A program made the position numbers and the translations under genes. Shown piece after piece: positions 52,928 to 64,000 of a stretch of DNA of 64,000 nucleotides. The first letter of the stretch is position 1, and every line of letters begins with the position of its first letter. Source of the DNA: Haliotis rufescens (taxonomy: Eukaryota); NCBI RefSeq assembly GCF_023055435.1, contig NW_025963850.1:1-64000 (forward strand), written 5' to 3'. The notes below the pieces were generated by a model. It saw nothing but the letters and a program-made list of their open reading frames with translations, was not told the origin of the DNA and did no database searches.

Positions 52928-55347
52928 CTGCTTGCAAGGCGAGAATTGTAGTAGCCGCTGAGGGACAGCGACCAGATGTGACAATCTTGTTCCGGCTCTC
53001 GGACTGCGGATTTTCGGATTTCATAAGCCATTTTAATCTTGGGCTGTGTGTGGGTGAAATAGCAGTGGCGGTGTATGTACCTGTTTCACTCACTGGGCCA
53101 GCTTTCTAGTCCAGGTGCATTAAACGACTGGTTGGTTTGAGTTGAATCATCAGTATGCACATCGTGTGCATTGATACTGGGGCGGTGGGTGGCCAAGCGG
53201 TTATAGAGTGTACGTGTAGGTAAAGGGGCATCCGGATATATAATGATATTGGCACTTAATTTCTATCATTAATAATATATATGTTTTATTAAATGATCTA
53301 TTTGTTTACTTTGAGCGTGTTGCTTTCATGAACTCATGAAAATATTTGCCTGTTGTTCTCAGCGCACGTTTCTTATAATCCGAAAAGTCCGACAGAACGT
53401 GTGCCAGGTATTGACATATTCATTCACTACACAGTTGACTTCGCTAGGAGAGATATCGTCCGCCTGTCTATAAATAGCGGCCCATAATTAGGGATAGTCC
53501 CTGTCGCACAACTAATACGATCGAACCAATAGTGTACAAATAGTATCAAATTCGAGTTTCCAATACACAGAATGTAGGCCTCAAATGATCTAAGAGTCAT
53601 CAGAGATTGTGGGGATGTGACCTGGCAGTCTTTTCAGCCTAGCGCTGTGTAATAGATATATATACGAGCCCAGTGTATGGTGTCTTGCTGTGTTATCGCC
53701 CTTCATGTAAAGGAAGTTTAGTGGGGATTACATTACAGGCCATGGCACATTTTTCAAAAGTTTGTATTTGAAATCAGGAATAAATTTATGATGGAAATGT
53801 ATCAAATAAGATAATGAGGAAAAACACACCCGTACGCATAACGATATTATTCTAATACAGAATAAATAAGGTGCTTTTTTTCAATGCAAACATACTCAAA
53901 CAGTCGGTAGTTAATTTGGAGCAGTCAAAGATCTATAAAGGATAGAGAATAAATAAATATATGAATGTACCACTGAAAATCAATGATGACACCAGGTGTT
54001 CGCGGAAAGGGTAAGCATGTCCTGTCCTACCGGTAGCACCCGTCATTCATACAAAGCGATCGTAGCACCAGGGCGACCGTAACTCCCACACTTTAGCATA
54101 GACCTACGACAGTCGTAGCGCTAAGATCGCTTAGGAAAACGGGGCCTGCGAAGCCATACACAATGTAAAGGCGTCACATGTGGACAATATTAAGCTGAAC
54201 CTTTCCGGCAGCTATGTTGTTTGGATAATGTATGTGACAGCAGTGTGCATGCAGTATTCTTCCAGGGGGAGGTGTAACTGGCAATATTAACAGGTACTGC
54301 ACATGGCATTTAATTTATTTCGCAATATCATTTAGTGGGCGAAAACGTCCTTAGAGTATTTAGAGCTGCATGTCATTGTGTGTGGGAAGGCGAAAATGAC
54401 ATTTAACAACTGACTCAAAGAAGTAAACATCCACAAGAAAATAATTGATTGCAATACTGTTCACGGTTCAGCTAAGATACTACTGCTGCATATTATGTCC
54501 AGGAAACTCATTGAATCCAGTATGGTTACTCGCTTTTTCAACGTTTCTGAGTTTCCCAAGTGTAAACTACGTAGATACTTGGCTACATAACGCGATTGTT
54601 TACAGACCGCCGTTAGAAAGCTGGAATATTGCTGAGTGTGGCGTTAAACAACAAACGAACGAACCAACGAGATCTACATCCATCTGGTCAACCCTGTCCA
54701 CCCTGTCACCCACCGCAATTTACCCACTTACCTTTTAATTCAAATCGTCTAAGCCAGAGAATAACAGTCTCTCTTATGTGCCGAAACAAGTTCCACAGCG
54801 TGTAAATGCAAAATTGTGCAAATGATCAGAGACACAATCAATCAGGTATGACACCAGGTCCTCACGAAAGGGTAAACATGCCCTGCTGTATCTGTATAAC
54901 CTTCTACTCACCTAACGCTGCATTCAAACAATACTTCTGCCACACGGCTCTATCACTAGCCCGCCTCTGTGGTCAAGTGATAGAGCATCCACACGGAGAG
55001 CGGAAGGTCCGTGCACGTCGCTATATAAGTGTACTAATCTTCGACGTGACCTTAAACCCAATTTCCATTCCCTACAGGTCTATCTTCGTGAAATAACGTC
55101 TACCTTTCGCATTGAATGCGTCAGCAGCACTGGGTTCACAGTGATCTTAAAGTATCCACATTGTCTGACCTGGTCATGTTTTAACGATGGGAACGATGGG
55201 TGCGTCCAAATCACTGAGATCAAAGTTTGTATATGATACCAGACTGCTCAAAGTCTATCCAGATCAGCTTCAACATCCTCCTGGAGCGGATATGGCACAT
55301 GTCTTGTCTTGAAGAATCTGGGTGCAGAATCATCTGGTAATTAACCT

Positions 55348-55698
55348 TGAGGTGAGGTGAAATTGGGTTTAACGTTGCGTCCAAGATTATTGCACTTATA
55401 TAGCGACGTGCATGTACGTGTGTATGTGTGGCTCCTTGTACTTGTCCTGACTGATGCCTATTTATAGTGCTAGCTCACTGAGATACCATGCCGCAGTTCA
55501 ACATGAATACCCCACTCAGACACAGTATACTGACTCCGAACCGACCAGTCCTTGTTTTAGCCCCTTAATGTCGAGCGCCAGACTGGGTAACAACAAGTAC
55601 CATCTTTTAACGTCTTTTGGTATGACGCGGCCAGGGATCGAACCCCGGACGTTCCGCTCCCCGGGCGGACGCTCTACCTCTAGACCACGGAGGCGGTC
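55348..55698 (-). mobile_element. tRNA-derived SINE (family 2)
   Basis: Homolog of 12904-13297; B-box ggttcgatccc. Confidence 0.8.
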
Positions 55699-56142
55699 AA
55701 AATTTGCCTTTACTTCATTCAACTTTACCTTCCGACTTTTACTTAATCATTATCGTCTAAAACGTCTGAAGTCTAAATATATTGACTCCAATTAACAACA
55801 AAAACACATATTTCATAAACAACCTGTGAAATATTTGATGAAATATTGATTTTTAGTTTACTTTTCATTTTTGAAAGTCAGATTGAAACAATTTCAATAT
55901 CTAAGACAAAATTGTTATGGATGATATCAATAGCGAATGGAGTTGAAACAATGTTGATACAATGTTTTTCAAGTAAGCAAACTCAGATCAACCAAATTTC
56001 AACATTAGAACAATGACAATGTTGGGATACTTCAGTGGAGGGAGACATTATTATAAAGTATGAATATCTGCGTAAGTTGGGGCACAGGTGATTATGAAAA
56101 TTGTAAAAACACATTCTCGGTGACGTGGAGTTCATTTTGTCA

Positions 56143-56308
56143 GGGGGCGGTCGGGTAGCCTAGTGGTAAAAGCGTTCGCTCGTCACGCCGAAGACCCGGG
56201 TTCGATTACTGACATGGGTACAATGTGTGAAGCCAATTTCTGGTGTCCCCCGCCGTGATATTCCTGGAATATGGCTAAAAGCGGCGAAAAACCATACTCA
56301 CTCACTCA
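56143..56308 (+). mobile_element. tRNA-derived SINE (family 1)
   Basis: gggggcggtcgggtagcctagtggt...gggttcgatt...actcactcactca. Confidence 0.85.
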
Positions 56309-56966
56309 ACCAGGCAATAAAGATCAACAGAGGTCATTGTTACAACATCAGAAACCTTTGAAAACAATAGGTTTCTAACTGAGTAACATTTCTCTACTCA
56401 TGTCGCCAGACAACAATATTGTAATTTGTAATATTTTGTTATATTTTGATCAAGACCTGATTTGAAACCACAATAAAGTATGTATATTAAGTATATTCAC
56501 CTGATCACGAAGACTGACGCTTTTTTGGATTGTTACGCGGACATGTACAATGCTCATCTTGAAATATGGTCACACAGTGTACTATAGAAATAAGGCAGGG
56601 TAATAACAAATTCGAAGGGGGCTCGAACCACCTATTTTCCGCTCTCTGGGCAGACTCGCTTTATTTTTCCCCGCAAGCCACACACAGAACAACAAACCAA
56701 TAACAGAACGTCCCCTGCGGTACAAGGAGAGACGTTTTTGAAGCCCTGAGGCGTTATAACAAGACCAACACTGATACGTAGACAAATACAGGGTACATAA
56801 TGAATATTCATGCTTGGGTGTAGTTCAGCACATAACCTTTTGTCATCTACAGGTTCAAGTGAACAACCGATTTTATAAACCTCAGAGTGTTCATTTGTAT
56901 TGATCATTAGGTTTCTTCAGACTTGAGAAAGACCCACATGAGGTTTTACTTGCGTAGAAAACCCGG

Positions 56967-57057
56967 GACTTACTGTGGAAGACCCGGGGACTTGATTTTC
57001 ATCGTTATAAAAAGTTACATATTTCAGATCAAGTCCCTGGGTCTTCCACAGTAAGTC
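56967..57057. repeat. Inverted repeat (about 30-bp arms), MITE-like
   Basis: gacttactgtggaagacccggggacttgat ... atcaagtccctgggtcttccacagtaagtc. Confidence 0.85.
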
Positions 57058-57453
57058 GCCAGGACTTCCATACCCTATATTCTTTTTTAAAAAACCGCAA
57101 TACTAGATTTTCTTCACTTTAATTGAAGTTGACATTAACAATGATATTCTTTGCAGGCCCCCTTCCTGCGGCAGCTCAGAAACGGTGTAGGTCGGCATTT
57201 TTAGTTTTCGTTTGTGTGAGAAATAAATCGTCACCTTCCTCTCTCTCCCACATCTTGCCACTAAATGAAACTCGACTGTAAGCTGACGGAGACGCTCACG
57301 GGCAATGCGTGCGTGCACGACCAGCACGTGCATGACACCAGTAGTCGTCACTCAACACAGCTCACGGATGCGTTTATAGTCTCGTTATATCGCATATAAA
57401 GTCCTCGTTATTGCGTATCTCAATTAGAATTAACTTTGTTGGTTTATAAGTCA

Positions 57454-57591
57454 GATAAAACACTTATCCTCGGTTTTGGTTGAAAATGTAAACCCGCCCG
57501 GTCGGAAAGATCCTGCGGGCCTTCGGCCCTTAGGATCTTCCCTCCCAGGCGGGTTTACATTTTCAACCAAAACCTCAGAACGTGTTTTATC
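57454..57591. repeat. Foldback palindrome (about 138 bp), MITE-like, upstream of the gene B ATG
   Basis: gataaaacac..ggttttggttgaaaatgtaaacccgcc..gatcct..gggcc-ttcg-gccc..aggatc..ggcgggtttacattttcaaccaaaacc..gtgttttatc. Confidence 0.85.
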
Positions 57592-57644
57592 CTTCACATG
57601 TATCACGGATGTGTGACTCATGGGTATATTAATAACTTTACAAC

Positions 57645-60600
57645 ATGGCGTCCCATTTGAAACCACCCGAGCCTTACCTTACAGGGAGAACGTCAGCCCT
57701 TAAAGTGGAGGCGATTGTTAACATTCTGAAGAGTCCAGATGAGAGCAAGACCATCCAGACTGCCCCCGCCACACCCCAGGGAGGGGAGGTGTACCTCTAT
57801 AAGATAACCTCGGGAATGAGAGAAGGTGAGGCAGTTGTGTTCAGGCTTAATATTACCATGAGTCAGGGATTACTACATATTAACAATGTTAATATTTAAT
57901 GGAAAGCTGATATTATTTATTACACAATTTGAATTCATTGGGGATGTTAAGCACACATGACCAATGTCCTCAAAGCCACATTCATATACATGTACGTTAT
58001 TAGTAATAGTCTGCTTGACGTCGGGGTCACCCTGCCCTGGTATCAGCTTCCTTGTACAGCCCTGTGATAACCGGTTTTTTGTTTGCTAATATTGTTGACA
58101 AGTGATTGTCGTGCACAAAGTGACTACATGAATTAAAAATATTTGTCTGTATCATTGTTAAAACGACTTCTTTTGCAATATTTTCTATCTATGTTTTTCT
58201 TTTCACTCTTTCCAACCCCCTTTACAACAATTGTGTACTTAAATAATGAACATTGTTTGATGTCAACTTGTAAAAAATCCATTGTTGGATTAATCAATAT
58301 GGGCTAAACAAGAATCAAGTATCGTGTTGCATCTCAGGTAAGGAAAAAAGGACATGGTATTTATCATCACAACCTCAAATACAACATGTTTATGCATGAC
58401 CTAACAGCTGATTTGGCATTAAGGTGGGTTGATTTTAGAGTTATGTTACACTATTGACTGTTCACAGTTTTATTAATTAATCAACATCACAGGTGACACA
58501 CTAACACATACAGCTTTTTGAGGGATAGTTCATCTTCAGGATTACAACATTGTTTGCAGTGTTATGATGTTAATTTCTATTTGCAGATATCTGGAAGGAT
58601 GACAAATATCACTTCCGAAGTGATGGAACCCGGAAGCAGCCTGGCTCAAGTCCAGTCATAGTGAAGCAGTACCACAAGGCTTACACCGAGGACAAGACGA
58701 CAACAAGGGCCTTTGTCAGAGAAGCTTCGTATCTGTACAACCACCCTCTGAAACACGTTCTAGTGCAATATATCGGGGACCACACACAAGCACAGCCTTT
58801 TTCTCAACGAAAGAAGCGTGGTCAACAGACACTTCATTCCCCAGGTGACAGTAAATGTAGGAAAGTAGAATCAACTGGTGGAGCTGTGCAGTCGGGGGTC
58901 ATGGAGAACACTAACTCCAACCTGGACCCTGAAGATCATTCATCACCGACAGAATTGGAAGACAATGTTAAATCAAACACTATTCTAGGTGTAACACTGA
59001 ACGAAGCAAAGGTGTCAGAGACTGAAACAAAGAATGATCACGACACAAATCAAAAACGCAGCAGGACAGGTGATCATAGAGGTGATGATGACATTGATTA
59101 TTTGGGTACAACGTCAGGCTCCCCTGTCAAGAAAGCCCGTTGGCAGCCTCAACTTGAAAATGACAACACAATTGTAACCTGTGTCACAAACACACACTAT
59201 GCTTATCTGTACACATTTCTAGAAGATGTAGAAAGGAATCGGGATGTGATAAGGGTCGTGCGACAAGTCCTAGCATTATCTAGGTTCTGGAACAAGGACT
59301 GTACCAACAAAGGCAATCCGTGCTTGTCACTCATTGAAGAGGTCGACAAGAACTGGAATCTAGATGCAATTAAAGCAAGGAACTGGGTTAAATGTTCTGT
59401 AAATACTGACGTGCTGAGCTTGAACCAAGACAAGTCAGTTTACATAAAGCTCATCGCAGCAGTACTTGTTGGAGCATGCCATACCAGGACTGAAGTACAG
59501 GACTTTGTGAAAACACTGAAGGATCCTCCTTCACACCTGCAGCATGTACAAGAGGACGTCCCCCTGTCACGTGACTGTACATACACAGTTGGCTGCTACA
59601 CCATCAGAGGAAATGTTCTGTCTCGCCTGGAAACCAACGAGTGGCTGACAGATGAAGTAAGTAGTCCACCTGCAATATTTACACAATCACACAAACTACA
59701 TGCCTAGTTAACCATCCAAGAAAATCATTTCATAGAGCATGGGAGGCTTTCGATTTCATCAAATGATGTTAGTATTAGATATAAACTGGGGGCGTGAGGG
59801 TGGTGAGTTGTTCAGTCACCTAATACTCATTGATAGTGCCTTGAGGTAGGCGAGCTAGAGCTTGAGTTTGGTTAAACGCCTCTTTTTGACAGTAGTGTCA
59901 TGGTGCGTTGGATTAAATTATGAAGAAAGTAATGCACATCTTTGACGTTAACCACTTTGTTGATTCCCATGGTGAATCTGCATAGCGAAATGCGGCGCCT
60001 TGGACCACTGAGACCCCATCTTCAGATTAATACAGCAACTTTTGGCGGTTTCTACTTTTTACACCAGTATTAGTTAACTATCAATTCATATAATGGTGCT
60101 AATTATCAACTCATTGCCATGCATCTCGATTCTGCAATGATGGCACTACTCACCTGCAATGGGCATTGTTCACAAAATCTAGTACATCACCAGTCAAATT
60201 GTCAGTCATTGCTATCAGCCGAGATATTCTCTTCATGATGAATATGTGATGTGCAGCGGATCCTGCTTTGATTTGAAATTACAAGCGTTCCTTTTGAAGC
60301 AAACGCATTGGGCGATTAAACAGTATAATAAACATTCTAATAAATGAACTCTTTCCTGTCCAGATCATGGACACATACCTGCACCTCCTGGAAGGGGGAG
60401 TGGTGTTCCCGTGTAGGCTTCCACTGTCTGGTGCTGCCTACAGAGACAATCCTACTGTGGGAGGCAGGACAGTACACAGACAGAATAAGGGGGAAAGATG
60501 TGAGTGACGTGAGATTTTTATATTTCTTATAATTCTGTCATTCCGAGTGTACCATTGCATGTCCACCCTACCATGAACATGGGCAAGACTCAAAAGATAT

Positions 60601-63600
60601 TTTGCAGTAATTGTATATTTTTTGTGATAACATATGATTCGTCTATGCCATGATTGCGTATTCAGTATGCTAGAAGTTGTCACTTGCAATTGTGCGCACG
60701 AAGCGACCATATGCTGCAATGGGTTTCAATTGAGTCAAAGCCAGTAACCCCATTGATCATAATGCTATTCGTTTTCAATATGCAGTTACAAAAGCAGATA
60801 TTGCACATGAACATATTCGTCTTGCTACATATTATTTTATGAATTGAAAATCTGGTTGTCAGAGAGGGGTCTTTAGAATTTCTTAGTTCCAAGTTCATGA
60901 TACCAATTCACTATTATCTCTGTTACTGCATCATATCCATCTTATGTGAAGCACGTGTTTCTGGATATATTGATCGTACACCGGAAAGGCATTTGTTGTG
61001 AACTTTCAGGAAAATTTGACAAACTACACGTGGATCTTAATGCCAGTGAACATGCCACGTAATCAACATTGGGTGCTACTGGTGGCTAATGTCAAGGATG
61101 GAACAGTGGGCGTGGTTAATTCTAAACCCTCCTTAATTGTGGAGGACAAGGTTGTACAACACTGGAGGTAGGTGGACAGAACAGTGGGCGTGGTCAATTC
61201 TAAACCCGCCTTATATGTAGAACACCCATTTGTACAACACTAGAGGTAGATACAAAAAAAAGAGGACGTGTGGCTGCACATTATAAATGTTAAAACCAAG
61301 CTATCCAATTTGAAATGTTGAAATGTTGATTTCTCAAAAACAAACATGAATGTAAATAAGATCCATCGAAAAATGTTCGATACACCCACATTTGTAGCTT
61401 TTACTTTTGGGTAGAAGATATAGAACAACTTGTTCACAGGGTTACCCAGTTCCCCAAATGGGTACACTGTGTGAATGATTTAAACGCCATAAATACAGTT
61501 ATGTCACTCATTCATTTAAACCATAACATCTGTATTTGCTAACATAAAACCTAATTATGGACAAAGCAGGAGAGAACATCAGAAATGCCAGGACCGGATA
61601 TTTTAGGCACTGCTGTATTTACCTTCTGTTCTACCTTTACTTTAGCACCAGTCCACATGAGTTGAAGACTTTATTGCCATCGAGTAATATACATGTATTC
61701 CTCAGGCTCTTTGTAAATCACTTGAAATCTACGTCTAAGGAAAGGAGCAAGTCATGGATGAAGAAACAGTACCCAGTGATAGAACAGTCTGATGGACACA
61801 GCTGTGGGATATTCGTTCTGATGGTAGGTTGGTTTGAAGCTATGTTTTTGATATGAAAGGCAACATGTGTCTCAATAACCACGTATGAAAGATACCTTTT
61901 CATTTCTAACTTTCATATTCTCAGGCTGCTGATGCAATTTTGGCGGAGAAGTCTCCAGGCATCATGAGGAACTGTCACGTTGAGAAAAACAGGCTGTATG
62001 TGCTTCAGAGGATACTACAGTATGCCAAGGACAAGGGAGATATGCAAGGTGGAGGAAATCACATGATGGCAGTTGGTGGACAGGGTAATGTCACAAACGA
62101 AATTCAAACTGTAACGCTGGAGACAAGAGATGTACTGGAAAATAGCTGTACAATGACAACAGAACAAGGAGGTCCAACTATTCATGAAGAGGATGGACAT
62201 GAAACACATGAAGGACCCGACTGTGCTATGGCCAGTGATGAAAGTATGCATTCTGGAGATCATTACTATGTTTCGTAATTGTAAGTCGTTACGCAAGGTA
62301 TTATATTTTAGATCTACATGTGCAATGTTGTACACTGCTTTCTAACAACCGCTATTTGTTTTCACAGATACAGAGGACTATCCATGTTTGGATCAGCACC
62401 TGTTGCATAAGCAGGAGAGGGCGTGCTTGTTAGTGGTTGCTTTGGCGGAGAATAACCTGGAGGAGAGGATGCTATGGGCAGGGTCTGACACAGGGACTCG
62501 CGTCGAAAGAGAAACCTACAAAAAATATATTGTTTGGGCAGTTAAGGCTTTTGACATCAATGAAGAAGAATACACTGAAAATATGATGAAACCTATTTTA
62601 TCCCAATTGGCGGGATGCTGTCTCCATCATGAAGCAGGCTCATATAGAATAAGAAATCATAAAGTAGCAATAAAGCTAAGAGAAATACTGCTACGTGATG
62701 TTAGGCAGTTGGTTGAAAGGATGGATCTCGAGTTCATATATCGTTATGTGACATTTAGAGATGATCCAACTGAAGAGGAACAACTAAATGTGTCTTTCAA
62801 CCTCGAATTGAAACATGATGATCTGCATATTGTAGCGAAGAGGTTTGCTACAGCTTTACACGGCAGAAAGTTTGCCTTTGTGTGCATGCATTCCCTATTC
62901 CAGGTAGAGACATTTGTTGATATGGTTTGGGAGAAATTGTTGCATAATATGAACAAGGACAGTTCTGTACTGTTGAAAGTATTGTCAAATAATGACATTG
63001 TACATGGATATTCCTTTCTGTTTTGGGCGAGCATCACAGACAACTCACATTTGTTGAGGAGAGCATTGTTCAGTGTTCATTTGAATGCAGAGAACAGAAA
63101 GGAAGCTTTGTTTGGAAGTTGCTTTGGGAATAGTTTAGCCAACTTCGATTACTTGTTTTCCAATAAAAACTGGAAGTTGGATAAGTTGTGGATGACACTA
63201 CCCAAACTCCCAAGACCTCTCATCATTAAACTGCAGTTGGCAGTTGCAGATGATCTGAGAGTAAAGTTTGGTAAATGTTCACTTTTGGACATTGCCTGTG
63301 TGGGTGGGTTGTCTGCAGTGGCTTCCAGATTGTCACATTTGATGAAGACGAGCAAGAAGAAAAACAAGTCAAGAAAGAATACATATGTACATGTTGCATC
63401 CTTGTGCCTAAAGGGCAAAGATACCATGGATACAATTACAAAAATTGGAAAACTGAATGTCAATATAAAAGGCCCTGAAGGATCAACACCTTTACATTAC
63501 GCATGTGCAGTTGGAAATGTTAGCATTGTAAGCTATCTGTTACAGGAAGTAGTGGACATTGGTGAGCAAAACAAGAAGGGTGAAACTGGGCTTCATTTGG

Positions 63601-64000
63601 CATGTATATATGGAAATGCAGAAGTTGTTACAATGTTATTACAGAACAAGGGAATAATTCATGTGAAAGATAATGCTGGCCTCACACCTCTACATCGTGC
63701 AGCCTGGCAGGGACATCGGGTGGTTGTGGAGGTGTTATTACAGAACAAGACCAATGTGGATGAGAAACGTAATGATGGCAGCACACCTCTACATCATGCA
63801 GCCTACCAGGGACATCGGGAGATTGTGGAGTTGTTATTACAGAACAAGGCAAATGTGGATGAGAAAGATAAGGAAGGCAGCACACCTCTACATGATGCAG
63901 CCTACCAGGGACATAGGGAGGTTGTGGAGGTGTTATTACAGAACAAGGCAAATGTGGATGAGAAAGATAAGGAAGGCAGCACACCTCTACATCTTGCAGC
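57645..64000 (+). CDS. Gene B: paralog of gene A (CG-1-like + C48 peptidase + helical region + ankyrin repeats); 1-nt frameshift in exon 3; runs off the window end
   Basis: Exons 57645-57825, 58587-59656, 60364-60499 (136 nt, one base too many), 61010-61167, 61706-61823, 61925 to an uncertain phase-1 donor (about 62084 or 62243), and 62368 to beyond 64000 (open; missed by the ORF track because there is no stop). Motifs WLTDE|IMDTYL, NQHWVLL, VVNS and QSDGHSCGIF. ANK units GSTPLHxAAYQGHREVVEVLLQNKANVDEKDKE. Confidence 0.72.

Noticed and set aside
62368-63480. Complete NLR/STAND NTPase in gene B
   Set aside because: No Walker A (GxxxxGK[ST]) seen in any exon; only a possible post-NTPase remnant.

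Overview
AT-rich, intron-containing animal DNA, probably a gastropod mollusc. The abalone-like (GAGT)n-tailed SINE families suggest Haliotis, but this is inference only. The window holds two copies of a composite, probably immune, module. Part 1 is a minus-strand cluster of small three-exon genes encoding death-domain-only proteins (CRADD/RAIDD-like DD) with an N-terminal MGNxxSC myristoylation/palmitoylation-type signal. There are 4 intact genes, 3 DD pseudogenes and 1 orphan first exon. Five of the six first exons have a GGGGA(A/T)TCCCC kB site about 100-120 bp upstream of the ATG. Part 2 is a divergently oriented plus-strand seven-exon gene: CG-1-like domain + basic linker + unassigned helical domain + Ulp1/SENP-type (C48, clan CE) cysteine peptidase + ankyrin-repeat array. 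Gene A (21186-33139, 1589 aa by my manual splicing) ends in about 29 ANK repeats, 25 of them near-identical 99-bp units that vary mainly at target-binding positions. Gene B (57645 to beyond 64000) has the same exon layout, a 1-nt frameshift in exon 3 and a different last exon/ANK consensus. None of these spliced models appears in the ORF track; all were assembled by eye from GT-AG sites and frame continuity. Intervening DNA contains SINEs, a 5'-truncated LINE with a 16-bp TSD, MULE and mariner remnants, a dead PHD finger, palindromes, microsatellites, a satellite and a 155-N gap.
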